From an uncultured Neomegalonema sp. (lineage in GTDB: Bacteria; Pseudomonadota; Alphaproteobacteria; Rhodobacterales; Rhodobacteraceae), in NCBI GenBank assembly GCA_937958625.1, contig CALGNO010000119.1, positions 3,223 to 67,222 on the forward strand: a stretch of DNA of 64,000 nucleotides, read 5' to 3'. This document shows, in pieces, positions 46,224 to 55,907 of this stretch. A model generated the notes under the pieces. It was given only the letters and a program-made list of their open reading frames with translations. It was not told the DNA's origin and made no database searches. Numbering within the stretch: the first letter of the stretch is position 1; each line of letters opens with the position of its first letter. A program made the position numbers and the translations under genes.

Positions 46224-47999
46224 TTGTCCGAAGAAGAAAACCAGCCCCCCGCCGAGACGCCCCCCGCCGAGGCTGAGGGCACGCCGCCCCCCGCAGCACA
46301 GCCCGCCGCCGAAGAGGTGCCTGCCGAGGCTGCGCCCGAGGAGGCCCCTGTGGCGGAGCAGCCCGAAGAGGCCGCACCGGCGGTCGAGGCCGCCCCGTCC
46401 TTTCGATACGACGACAAATTCTACGAACCAATCTCTGCCGATGCGCCTGCTGGCAAGGACTACGAGCCTTATCATTTCACCGAAATGGAGCAGGAGCTTG
46501 CCTGGCCGCTGAATGATTTCGGTCGGCCCGATGCCGAGGAGCGCCCGAATTTTCGTGCTGTTCGGGATCAGGCGCTCGCCTTCCTGAACGGGACCAAGGA
46601 CATCAAGGCAACCCGCGATGTGCGGCCCTTGCTGGCCCTGACCATTGCCGAGGCGGGGGACAAGGGACCGGTGGGCCTCGCCCGCACCCTTGATCTTTTC
46701 GTCAGCTTCACGACCCAATATTGGGACACGGTGCATCCCCAGGACGAGGACGGCGACGGCGAGTTTTTCGACCGGATGCTGCAATTCCAGACCCTGTTCA
46801 ATCCGGCTGTGTTTTCGCTTGCGGTCGAGAGTGTGGGAATCGCCCGCTCGCCTCGGGTCGGCGACCTCACAACCCGGACCTTTGGCATTGCCGCCGCCAA
46901 GATTTCGCCGCGCGAAGGAGAGTTCGCGCCCAATGGCGATGCCCTGTTTGCGTTGCTGGCAGACGAGGAGGAGGTCGCCGCAGGGGTTGCCGAAGCCCAC
47001 GCCGCCTATCGCCACGCGATCGAGCGGTTGGAGGAATTCGCGGCCTTCATCGCCGAGCGCCCGGATCTCGACCCTCCCCTCGATATTGCACCGGTGATCG
47101 AGGGGCTGGAAAAGCTGGATGCTTATCTGGAACCCTATGCCGGTGGTGGCTCCGGCGCGGTTCCCAGTGGCGACGCTATGCCCTCCGGCGACGCGGAGTC
47201 GGCGGGCGCGCCCTCCGGGGCCGCATCGTCTGCCGCGCCCTCCGCTCCGGTCGGCGGTGCCAACACCCTTGACGAGGCCATGGGGCTGATTGACGACGTG
47301 CTCACCTTTTACGCGCGCCGGGGGCGGTCAAGCCCCGTCCCGCTAGGGTTGATAGCCCTGCGCGATCTGATGGCCGGTGATTTCAACAGCTGGATCAGCA
47401 AAACCGCCTCAGCGGGTTTGGGCGAGGCGGGGATCGTGATCTCCGAGGTCGATGCCTCGCGCCTGTCTAGTTTTGCGTCGGGCGAGGCGCCTGCGGCGGC
47501 GGCACCCGTGGATATGCCCGAACTTGATTTCGACGAAATCGACAAGGCCATCTATGAGGGCGAAACCGCCTACGCGGCCATGGATAACGCCCTCTATCAG
47601 CACCAGCAGACGCTGCCCCCCGATGAAGGAGCCGAGGAAAACACTGTTCTTGCGGCAGAACTGCAATCCTTCCGCGCCGCCCTCGATCAGATACTTGCCG
47701 CGAAAGTCGCCTTGCAGGCGGGGCCGAAATCTGAAAACAATGTGTCCGAAGAGGGGGGAAATGTGACGGAGGGTGATGATCGTCACAGTCGAATCACCGA
47801 CAGAAATGGTGTAAAGCAAGCATTGGATGCAGTCGCAGCCTACTTCGAACGGGAGGAGCCCAGCAGTCCGGCGCCAGCTTACCTGAGACGGTTGAAAAGT
47901 CTGGTCGATGCCCGCTTTACTGAAATCGCGCGGGAGTTGATGCCGGAAGAGGGTGGTGAGGCGAAACTACGTCTCGAACCGCGAACGAGTTTGCGATAA
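46224..47999 (+). CDS. tssA: T6SS TssA (ImpA N-terminal domain protein) with Pro/Ala/Glu-rich N-terminal extension
   Basis: ImpA_N-like segment YEPISADAPAGKDYEPYHF...L. TTG start at 46224 (GAGGTGA upstream). There is no in-frame ATG before the ImpA_N domain. Confidence 0.8.
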   Translation: MSEEENQPPAETPPAEAEGTPPPAAQPAAEEVPAEAAPEEAPVAEQPEEAAPAVEAAPSFRYDDKFYEPISADAPAGKDYEPYHFTEMEQELAWPLNDFGRPDAEERPNFRAVRDQALAFLNGTKDIKATRDVRPLLALTIAEAGDKGPVGLARTLDLFVSFTTQYWDTVHPQDEDGDGEFFDRMLQFQTLFNPAVFSLAVESVGIARSPRVGDLTTRTFGIAAAKISPREGEFAPNGDALFALLADEEEVAAGVAEAHAAYRHAIERLEEFAAFIAERPDLDPPLDIAPVIEGLEKLDAYLEPYAGGGSGAVPSGDAMPSGDAESAGAPSGAASSAAPSAPVGGANTLDEAMGLIDDVLTFYARRGRSSPVPLGLIALRDLMAGDFNSWISKTASAGLGEAGIVISEVDASRLSSFASGEAPAAAAPVDMPELDFDEIDKAIYEGETAYAAMDNALYQHQQTLPPDEGAEENTVLAAELQSFRAALDQILAAKVALQAGPKSENNVSEEGGNVTEGDDRHSRITDRNGVKQALDAVAAYFEREEPSSPAPAYLRRLKSLVDARFTEIARELMPEEGGEAKLRLEPRTSLR

Positions 48000-48038
48000 G
48001 GTTGCGCCACAAGGCGTACTAGAAGGGGAAGTGAAACA

Positions 48039-48581
48039 GTGAGCGACAGCGCACAGAAATTCGTCGGTCGAAACCGCGCACCGCGTGTTCAGATCGAATA
48101 CGATACCGAAGTTTACGGTTCACAGAAGAAAGTCGAACTGCCCTTCGTGATGGCAGTGATGGCCGACCTCAAGGGCAAGGCGCAGGAGGGCGAGGAAATC
48201 GTCCCCGCTTCCCAGCGTGAGTTCGAAGAGGTCGAGGCCGGTACGCTCGACTCCTACATGGCCGGCACCAAGCCTCGCGCCACCTTCCATGTCGACAACA
48301 AGCTGAGCGAAGAGGGCGGCCAGATGCCCGTCGATCTTACGTTCACGTCGATGGAAGATTTCTCGCCAGCGCGCATTGCCGAGCAGGTTGGTCCGCTGAA
48401 AGAGCTGCTGGATGCCCGCAATCAACTCAAGAGCCTGCTGAGCCTGATGGACGGTCGCCTCGGAGCTGAAAAGCTGATCGAGGACGTTCTGAAGAACAAG
48501 ACGCTGCTTGAATCCCTGAAGGACATGAGCCCCGAGGAAGTCGCGGCCAAGTTCTCCAGTGGCGATAAAGAAGAGGACTGA
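48039..48581 (+). CDS. tssB: T6SS sheath small subunit TssB (VipA)
   Basis: RAPRVQIEYDTEVYGSQKKVELPFVMAVMADL is the canonical TssB N-terminus. Confidence 0.95.
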   Translation: MSDSAQKFVGRNRAPRVQIEYDTEVYGSQKKVELPFVMAVMADLKGKAQEGEEIVPASQREFEEVEAGTLDSYMAGTKPRATFHVDNKLSEEGGQMPVDLTFTSMEDFSPARIAEQVGPLKELLDARNQLKSLLSLMDGRLGAEKLIEDVLKNKTLLESLKDMSPEEVAAKFSSGDKEED

Positions 48582-48586
48582 GGCCC

Positions 48587-50077
48587 ATGGCAGACACAGA
48601 AGCAGGTGCCCTCCCGGCCAGTGCCGTCGAAGCGACCTCCGTCGATGAATTCGCCGCGCTGCTCGAGAAAGACTTTGCCCCGAAATCCGGCGAGATGCGG
48701 ACCGAGGCGCATAAGGCAGTCCAGACCCTCGCCGAGATGGCCCTCAAAAAGGCGAACCTCGTTCCCGAAGAGGCGGTCAATCAGATCAAGGAGATGATCG
48801 AGGAGATCGACAAAAAGCTCACCGATCAGATCAACGAAGTTCTCCACCACGCCGACTTCCAGAAAATGGAGGGGGCATGGCGCGGACTGGCTCACCTGCT
48901 CGGACGTTCGGAAACCGGTGCCGACCTGAAGATCAAGGTCATGCCGATCTCGAAAAAAGAACTCCGCAAGGAACTGGCACGCACGGCAGATTCCGAATTC
49001 GACCAGAACCCGCTGTTCAAGAAGATCTACGAACAGGGCTACGGCGTTCTCGGCGGCGATCCCTATGCCGCCATCGTTGCGGATTTCCACTTCGACCACG
49101 GGGCGGCGGATGTGAAAATCCTCCAGGGCATGGCGCGTATCGCGGCATCGGCCCACGCGCCCTTCATCGCCGGGGCCTCGCACACGTTGTTCAACCTCGA
49201 TGACTGGCAAGGCCTGCCGGACCGCAAGGATCTCGCCAACATCATGACGACGGCACCCTATGCCTCGTGGCGTGCCCTGCGCGAATCCGAGGATTCTCGC
49301 TATCTGGGTCTTGCGATGCCGCGGTTCCTGGCGCGCACGCCCTATGGTGCCGATAACCCGGTCGATGAGTTCGACTTCAAAGAGCAGATCGACGGGGCGG
49401 ATGCTTCGAAATTCTGCTGGGCGAACTCGGCCTATGCGATGGCCGCGAACATTACGCGCGCGTTCAAGACCTATGGCTGGTGCTCGCGCATCCGCGGCGT
49501 CGAGTCCGGCGGGGCGGTCGAGAACCTGTCGACCTATACCTTCCCGACCGACAAGGGTGGCTATGCCTCCCAATGTCCGACGGAGGTTTCGATCACCGAC
49601 CGCCGCGAGATGGAACTGGCCAATGCCGGTCTCATGCCGCTGGTCTACAAGCAGAACTCGAATATGGCCGCCTTTATCGGCGCACAATCGGTGCACCAGC
49701 CGGCGGTGTACGACAATCCGGATGCAAGCAAGAACGCCCAGTTGGGCGCGCGCCTGCCCTATATCTTCGCCTGTGCACGCTTCGCCCACTATCTGAAGCA
49801 CATGGTGCGCAACAAGGTCGGCTCCTACATGGAGCGGGACGATATGGAGCGCTGGCTCGGCGGCTGGATCAACAACTACGTCCAGTCCAGCGCAACGGCA
49901 TCCGAAATTCAGAAAGCACAGAAGCCGCTCGCAGCGGCGGAAGTGGAGGTCGTCTCAGACCCGGAAAATCCGGGCATGTATTCGGCTAAGTTCTTCCTGC
50001 GACCTCACTATCAGCTTGAGGGCACGAACGTTTCGCTACGTCTCGTCTCCAAGCTACCGTCGCAGGCAGGTGGGTGA
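48587..50077 (+). CDS. tssC: T6SS sheath large subunit TssC (VipB)
   Basis: 496 aa. TssC-like throughout (...HHADFQKMEGAWRGL..., ...RPHYQLEG...). Confidence 0.95.
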   Translation: MADTEAGALPASAVEATSVDEFAALLEKDFAPKSGEMRTEAHKAVQTLAEMALKKANLVPEEAVNQIKEMIEEIDKKLTDQINEVLHHADFQKMEGAWRGLAHLLGRSETGADLKIKVMPISKKELRKELARTADSEFDQNPLFKKIYEQGYGVLGGDPYAAIVADFHFDHGAADVKILQGMARIAASAHAPFIAGASHTLFNLDDWQGLPDRKDLANIMTTAPYASWRALRESEDSRYLGLAMPRFLARTPYGADNPVDEFDFKEQIDGADASKFCWANSAYAMAANITRAFKTYGWCSRIRGVESGGAVENLSTYTFPTDKGGYASQCPTEVSITDRREMELANAGLMPLVYKQNSNMAAFIGAQSVHQPAVYDNPDASKNAQLGARLPYIFACARFAHYLKHMVRNKVGSYMERDDMERWLGGWINNYVQSSATASEIQKAQKPLAAAEVEVVSDPENPGMYSAKFFLRPHYQLEGTNVSLRLVSKLPSQAGG

Positions 50078-50136
50078 ACGCCATGGGCGATCACAGTGTA
50101 AACGTAGACAACTTTATCTGGTAAAGGAGAGCGATC

Positions 50137-50637
50137 ATGGCACAGGATATGTTCCTGAAACTTACGGACATCAAAGGCGAGTCGAAGGATAAGGTCCACA
50201 AGGACGAAATCGACATTCTTGCCTGGAGCTGGGGTGCCAGCCAGTCCGCGACCATGCACATGGGCGGCGGCGGCGGCGGCGGCAAGGTTGCCGTGCAGGA
50301 TCTGAGCTGCACGAAATACAACGACAAGTCGACCGTTATCCTGATGCAGCACTGCTTCCAGGGTAAGCACATCGCCGAAGGCAAGCTGACGGTCCGCAAG
50401 GCCGGTGGCAAGCCGATCGAATACCTGACGATCTCGATGAAAGACATCCTGGTCAGCTCGGTTTCGGCTGGTGGTTCGGGCGGTGAAGACCGTCTTACGG
50501 AAAACGTCACCCTCAACTTCGCAAAGGTCTCGGTCAAATACATCGAGCAGAAGTTCGACGGTTCCGAAGGCGACAAGCCCGACTACGCCTACGACATGTC
50601 CGAGAACACGGATATGGGTACGTTCCTGATGGGCTAA
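50137..50637 (+). CDS. hcp: T6SS tube protein Hcp (TssD)
   Basis: MAQDMFLKLTDIKGESKDKVHKDEIDILAWSWG is the canonical Hcp1-family start. Strong RBS AAAGGAGAG. Confidence 0.95.
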   Translation: MAQDMFLKLTDIKGESKDKVHKDEIDILAWSWGASQSATMHMGGGGGGGKVAVQDLSCTKYNDKSTVILMQHCFQGKHIAEGKLTVRKAGGKPIEYLTISMKDILVSSVSAGGSGGEDRLTENVTLNFAKVSVKYIEQKFDGSEGDKPDYAYDMSENTDMGTFLMG

Positions 50638-50655
50638 GGCTTTTCAGGCTGCATA

Positions 50656-50681
50656 AGACGGCGGGCCACGGTCCGCCGTCT
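50656..50681 (+). terminator. Perfect 9-bp stem-loop immediately after hcp (attenuator/stabiliser or partial terminator)
   Basis: AGACGGCGG-GCCACGGT-CCGCCGTCT, 18 nt after the hcp stop. No T-tract. Confidence 0.5.
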
Positions 50682-50701
50682 GCCTATCGGGGGGATTAGA
50701 C

Positions 50702-51583
50702 GTGGCGACAATGACTCCGCAAGAGGCGCTTGGCGCCGGAGATGTGATGGCCTGCAAGGCCGCCCAGATGGAGCGGGTCAAGTCCGCCCCCGGCGACGCG
50801 AAAGAGCGCGCTTTTCTCGCACAAATATTCATGGTCGAAGGCGATTGGGATCGCGCCGAAAAGCAGCTCAAGATGCTGGCTGATCTTCAGGCGGACGCCA
50901 TCGACCTCGTGACCGACTATTGCGCGGCCCTTGCCGCCGAACGGATGCGCGTCGATGTGATGGCGGGCAAAATCGCCCCCGCGATCATGGGCGAACCCGA
51001 GGCATGGCTCGCCAAGATGGTCGAGGCCCTGCGCCTTGACGCGTCGGGTGCCAATGCCGATGCTTACGCCCTGCGCAACGAGGCGTTTGCCGAGGCCCCT
51101 GCCGTGCCCGGCACCATAGACGGCAAGACGTTTCAATGGCTCTCGGACGCCGATAACCGCTTTGGCCCGGTACTGGAAGCGGTCATGAACGGCGAGTATC
51201 ACTGGATACCGTTCAACGCCATTGCGACCCTGACTTTCGAACCGCCCCGCGACCTGCGTGACATGGTCTGGACCGTCGGCATCATCACCCTGACCAATGG
51301 CGGCGAGTGGCCGGTGCTCGTGCCGACCCGCTATCCCGGCTCCGACCTCAAGGCCGGTGCCGAGGATGGCCATTCCCTCGCGCGCCGTACCGATTGGTCG
51401 GTGCTGCACGAAGATCACTATGCGGGCCTTGGGCAGCGGATGCTGGCCAGCGATGAAGACGACATCGCCCTGCTCGATGTGCGTGAGCTGGCCTTCGATC
51501 ATCCCGATGCGCCGGACGTGACCATCGACGACATCGTTGCTGGCGACGAGGCCCCGGCGGGTTCCGCAACCGATGGCGGGTGA
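50702..51583 (+). CDS. tagJ: T6SS accessory protein TagJ (ImpE family)
   Basis: ImpE-type motifs: GEPEAWL, DADNRFGPVLEAVMNGEYHWIPF, PRDLRDMVW, PTRYPGS. Confidence 0.82.
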   Translation: MATMTPQEALGAGDVMACKAAQMERVKSAPGDAKERAFLAQIFMVEGDWDRAEKQLKMLADLQADAIDLVTDYCAALAAERMRVDVMAGKIAPAIMGEPEAWLAKMVEALRLDASGANADAYALRNEAFAEAPAVPGTIDGKTFQWLSDADNRFGPVLEAVMNGEYHWIPFNAIATLTFEPPRDLRDMVWTVGIITLTNGGEWPVLVPTRYPGSDLKAGAEDGHSLARRTDWSVLHEDHYAGLGQRMLASDEDDIALLDVRELAFDHPDAPDVTIDDIVAGDEAPAGSATDGG

Positions 51584-52073
51584 GAACGACCGGTTCTGGC
51601 CCTCGCTTTATGACCGCTTGCGGACGGGGGAAGCCGAGGGGATCGATGACTACTTCGTGGACGGATCGCGCCTGCGCAATGTGGTCAAGCGTGATCTTGA
51701 AACCCTGCTCAACGCCACGTCACTCGAATCGACCGTCGATCTGGAGGGCTATCCGCGCATTCGGGCCTCGGTGCTGAATTACGGCCTGCCCGACCTCACC
51801 GGTAAGATCGTCGCCGGTCTCTCGGCCTGGAATATTCAGGAAGCCCTGCGCGACGCGCTGAGTAATTACGAACCCCGGATTATGCCGGACAGTCTGAATG
51901 TAGCCGTCGATACCACCGGCGTCGGCATGAACTCGCCCCGCGCCTATGATCCGGAAAGGGGGCTGACCTTGTCGATTGCAGGCACCATTCTGGGGACGCC
52001 GATGCCCGAGTCGGTCTTTATTCAGACCCGGTGGGACATCGAGACAAACGAGCTGCAAGTGAATCTGGAGTAG
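51573..52073 (+). CDS. tssE: T6SS baseplate wedge protein TssE (gp25-like)
   Basis: Start placed at ATG 51573, overlapping the tagJ stop. FWPSLYDRL...LRNVVKRDLETLLNAT...VLNYGLPD are typical TssE motifs. Confidence 0.85.
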   Translation: MAGENDRFWPSLYDRLRTGEAEGIDDYFVDGSRLRNVVKRDLETLLNATSLESTVDLEGYPRIRASVLNYGLPDLTGKIVAGLSAWNIQEALRDALSNYEPRIMPDSLNVAVDTTGVGMNSPRAYDPERGLTLSIAGTILGTPMPESVFIQTRWDIETNELQVNLE

Positions 52074-52076
52074 GTC

Positions 52077-54026
52077 TTGGACGAGCGGCTGAAGGCATTA
52101 TACGAGGCGGAACTCCATCATCTGGAGACCCATGCGAGTGAGTTCGTCACCCGCAGCCGGTACTCGCGTCTGGCCGAGCGGCTGGGGCTTGGCGAAAGCG
52201 CGCAATTGCGAGACCCGTTCGTGGATTGGCTGCTCGACGGCTCCGCGTTTCTGTCGGCGCGTATCCAGCATCTCATCGAGTCGGAATTCCCTCGTTTTAC
52301 CCAGTCGCTGCTCTCCATCGTCTACCCCCACCTTGCGCGCCCGACCCCGTCGATGATGGTCGCGCAGTTCGGTTTCGATCAGGCGGGCAAGGCGACCATG
52401 GGCGGCCCCATCGTGCCGAAAGACCTTGCGCTGACCATGCGGGCCTTTGGTCGGCGCAGCGGCGAGCGCAAATCCGAAGCAAAGCGGGTCACCTTTACCA
52501 CGGGGCGCAGCATACGCCTCTGGCCGGTCAAGGCGACCGAGGCCGAGTTCCTGCCCACTTCGGCGGCGCTGGTGAATTATCTCGGTCCCAATAGCGGCGA
52601 TCCGGCCTCGGGTATCCGGGTCAAGCTAGAGCTGCAATGCGAGGGCAGTTTCGCCGAATCGACGCTGGATCAGATGGACCTGTTTTTGGCGGGCGGCCCC
52701 TCGGTTGCGCCGATTTTGTTCGAGGCGATTGGCCTGTCGCGGGCCAGAGCATCGGTGATGATCGGCGCGGATCGCAAGCGCGGATCGAAGCGGAGCATCC
52801 CCATTGAGGTCGAACCCCTGGGTCTGGATGGCGAGGTCACGACCGAGGGCATCGGCACCGAACGCGATGCGCTGCTCCCCTATGATGACCGTAGTTTCGA
52901 GGGCTATCGCCTGCTGCACGAATTTTTTGCGCTGCCGGATCGGTTCCATTTCGTGCGGCTGTCAGGCCTGCAAAAGGCGTTGGAGGGGGTCTCCGAACGC
53001 GAGGTCACGCTGGTCTTCCTGTTCGACCAGCCCTTCGAGCAATTGACGGGCCGGGTGGGGCCGGAGGCGTTCCGCACGAACTGCGTTCCTGCGATCAACT
53101 TGTTTGCAAAATCGGCGGATAATGTCGATTTCAACCCGAAACGCCCGGAACATCACGTCGTCCCGGACCTCGATGATCCCACGGCGTTCGAGGTCCACTC
53201 GATCCGCTCACTGGTCGGGCGTACCGAGGGCGGCGACCGCCTGCGCTTCAAGCCGTTTTTTTCCTCCTCCGGTTTCGGGGCCGAGGATACCCGCGCGGCG
53301 CGCTATTTCTCGGTCGATCGCCGAGCCCGCTCTGCGCCGCAAACCCTCGAAGATGATCCCCTGCTGAAAGAATATCGCGGGTCCGAGGTGTTCGTGTCGC
53401 TCTCGGACGAGGCCTTTGCGCCCTATCGCGGCGACCTGCGTTCGCTGTCGGTCGAGACGCTCTGTTCGAACCGCCATCTCGCGCTCTATCGCCGGACCGG
53501 GGATATTGACCTGAGCAGCAGCGAGGATGTCGGCGCCGACTGGATTCGTTCGGTGGCCGGACCGTCGGAGCCGCGCGCGGGGCTGACCGACGGGCGGCGG
53601 CAATGGGATATCGTCTCGCATCTCAGCCTCAATCACCTTTCCTTGCTCGATGACGGCGGCGGCGAGGCGGTCGAGGCGATGCGCCAGATGTTGCGGCTTT
53701 ACGCGTCCCGTTCGTCGGCGGCCCCGTCCTCGCGCATGATCAAGAACCTGCGCAGCATCGCGGCTGAGCCGGCCATTGCCCGCCTGCAACCCCAGAAAAG
53801 TTCGGGATCGGGCGCGCCGCAGCCCATTGTCTTCGGGCGCGGCATCGACATCAGTCTCACCTTCGAGGAATCCGAGGTGGCCGCCGCCACGCTGGCCGCC
53901 GTACTTGATCGTTTCATGGCCGGATATGCACCGGCGAATTCATTCACACGCACCACGCTGAAGGGCGTGGATGGCAGGACGAGGGTCGAATGGCCGACGA
54001 GGGCGGGTCTGAGGACCATTCTCTAG
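52077..54026 (+). CDS. tssF: T6SS baseplate subunit TssF
   Basis: 649 aa. N-terminus LKALYEAELHHLETHASEF matches the TssF pattern (YYxxELxYLRxxGxEFA). TTG start directly after the tssE stop. Confidence 0.9.
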   Translation: MDERLKALYEAELHHLETHASEFVTRSRYSRLAERLGLGESAQLRDPFVDWLLDGSAFLSARIQHLIESEFPRFTQSLLSIVYPHLARPTPSMMVAQFGFDQAGKATMGGPIVPKDLALTMRAFGRRSGERKSEAKRVTFTTGRSIRLWPVKATEAEFLPTSAALVNYLGPNSGDPASGIRVKLELQCEGSFAESTLDQMDLFLAGGPSVAPILFEAIGLSRARASVMIGADRKRGSKRSIPIEVEPLGLDGEVTTEGIGTERDALLPYDDRSFEGYRLLHEFFALPDRFHFVRLSGLQKALEGVSEREVTLVFLFDQPFEQLTGRVGPEAFRTNCVPAINLFAKSADNVDFNPKRPEHHVVPDLDDPTAFEVHSIRSLVGRTEGGDRLRFKPFFSSSGFGAEDTRAARYFSVDRRARSAPQTLEDDPLLKEYRGSEVFVSLSDEAFAPYRGDLRSLSVETLCSNRHLALYRRTGDIDLSSSEDVGADWIRSVAGPSEPRAGLTDGRRQWDIVSHLSLNHLSLLDDGGGEAVEAMRQMLRLYASRSSAAPSSRMIKNLRSIAAEPAIARLQPQKSSGSGAPQPIVFGRGIDISLTFEESEVAAATLAAVLDRFMAGYAPANSFTRTTLKGVDGRTRVEWPTRAGLRTIL

Positions 54027-55018
54027 ACGCCGTCGCAGCGATTATGGAGAACCCCGAGGCGTGGGAGTTCTTCGCTGCGGTCAGGGCGCTGCAATCGGCC
54101 CGGGGGGATCGCCCCGCGGTCGGTCGCTCCACGCGCATCGAACAGGATTTCCTACGCTTCAAACAGGAACCGAGCCTCTCGTTCCAGCCCTCGGAGTTGA
54201 TGGAATTCAAGGCGGCGGAAAATACCGTGGCCCCGGCCTGGGAAATGCGGCAGGTGTTCTTTGGCTTTTTCGGGCCGAACGGGCCTTTGCCGACCCATAT
54301 CACCGAGGATGCCATCGCCGATATGCGCGGGCCGGATCGGCACCGTCTGCTCCCGGATTTCTGCGATATTCTTCAACACCGCATGACCTCGCTGCTCTAT
54401 CGCGCATGGGAGTCAGTACAGATCACGGCCAGTCGCGATCTCGGCGGTGACGACCCCTACAAGCGCCGCATCGGCGCGCTTTACGGCGAGGCGATGCCCG
54501 CCTTTGTCGAACGCGAGGCGCTGGGGGACGATTCGAAGCGTTTCATCTCGGGCCATCTTGCGGCGCGGCGTGGGTCGGTTGCGGCGCTAGAAGCGGTGGT
54601 CGAGACGATCACTGGTGCGAAGGCCACGGTGGATCAATATGTCGGTGAATGGCTGATCATTCCCGAGAATGAACGCTCGTGTCTCGGGACCGCGCGCCTT
54701 GGCGTCGATACGACCATCGGCGAGCGCGCCTACAGCGCCCAGAGCCGCATAGCGATCCGCACCGCGCGGTTGAGTTTCGACGAGTATCAAGAACTGCTGC
54801 CCGATGGCGATCTGTTCGGGCCGTTGCGCGATGCCGTGCGCCATATCGTCGGCCTCGGCATGGCGTGGGAGTTGCGCCCGGTTCTCAAGGTCAGTGAAAT
54901 CCCGGACTGCGCCCTCGACGGCAACCGCCGCCTTGGCTGGGATACCTGGATTGCCGCGGGCGATCGGATGCAGGACGGCAACGAGCTCGCGCTGGAGGGA
55001 ACGCTGGGCGCGGTGTGA
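53990..55018 (+). CDS. tssG: T6SS baseplate subunit TssG
   Basis: ENPEAWEFFAAVRALQ...FLRFKQEPSLSFQPSEL are typical TssG N-terminal motifs. Overlaps the tssF end. Confidence 0.9.
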   Translation: MADEGGSEDHSLDAVAAIMENPEAWEFFAAVRALQSARGDRPAVGRSTRIEQDFLRFKQEPSLSFQPSELMEFKAAENTVAPAWEMRQVFFGFFGPNGPLPTHITEDAIADMRGPDRHRLLPDFCDILQHRMTSLLYRAWESVQITASRDLGGDDPYKRRIGALYGEAMPAFVEREALGDDSKRFISGHLAARRGSVAALEAVVETITGAKATVDQYVGEWLIIPENERSCLGTARLGVDTTIGERAYSAQSRIAIRTARLSFDEYQELLPDGDLFGPLRDAVRHIVGLGMAWELRPVLKVSEIPDCALDGNRRLGWDTWIAAGDRMQDGNELALEGTLGAV

Positions 55019-55048
55019 CGTGTAGGTTTTAAATCTGTGGAGAGTGAC

Positions 55049-55810
55049 ATGAGTGACAAGAACACGGTTCGCGACAACTACGGTTGTTTCACCGGTATCG
55101 GGATGACCTATTGGCACGATCTTGCCCGGGGTTTGAAGCCGTCCCTTGTGCGGGATCGCATGGGAACCCGCATTGATTATGCCCCTGATCCGGAGGACGG
55201 GCTGGCGGCCAATAATGGCGGAATCCTCGCGCCCGAGATCGGGTATGTGGAGCGCAGAAAGCTCTACTACCGGTTCTACTCTGCCTATGCCCATAACAAG
55301 TATGCCGGGCGCGGCTGGCATGGCCATTGGTGGATCACCGAGAATGTCTTTCAAACACTGAAGGCCGAGGCGCTGGAGAACGACGAATCCTTGCGCGCCG
55401 TTGCCTCTCGCCGCCTCGCCCTGCCTCTGGTGTGGAGCGACATCCGTTATGTCGTTTGCGCGACGCCGAAAACGAATTTGAAGGTGTGGTTCGGCCCCGG
55501 CAAGGTGGCGCATCCCTCGATTTCTCCCGCCTCCGCCGCGCGCACCAAGCCTTGGGACAAGGCAGAGCCGGAAACCCACGAGGATCGGGCGAAACGCGCG
55601 AAGGACGAGGGCCTCTATGGTGATGCGCCATCAACGTCGTTGCAGCAGCTTTTTGTGCCCGGCGACATCGCGGCAGGTGTCTTCGACGACTTTTTCCACG
55701 TTGTCGGAGTCGGACGCGTGCTCGACCGCGAGGCGCTGGAGTTTGACTTCGGCGGTTCGACGAAAGACGCGAAGTGGCCGGGGGCCAAGCGCGGGGCCAC
55801 CCATGTCTGA
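55049..55810 (+). CDS. Hypothetical protein (253 aa) embedded between tssG and clpV
   Basis: ATG 55049 is preceded by GGAGAG. Host-like codon usage, no signal peptide or TM helix, and no family recognised by eye. Notable strings: GRGWHGHWWITENVF and LALPLVWSDIRYVV. Confidence 0.6.
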   Translation: MSDKNTVRDNYGCFTGIGMTYWHDLARGLKPSLVRDRMGTRIDYAPDPEDGLAANNGGILAPEIGYVERRKLYYRFYSAYAHNKYAGRGWHGHWWITENVFQTLKAEALENDESLRAVASRRLALPLVWSDIRYVVCATPKTNLKVWFGPGKVAHPSISPASAARTKPWDKAEPETHEDRAKRAKDEGLYGDAPSTSLQQLFVPGDIAAGVFDDFFHVVGVGRVLDREALEFDFGGSTKDAKWPGAKRGATHV

Positions 55811-55907
55811 CGCGCGGCTTACGGGTACTGTGGTGCATATCACACGCCCGAAACCCGTGTTACGGTAAAGAAAAACGAACGAGTCACCCAAGGGGAGAGG
55901 GTCCACT

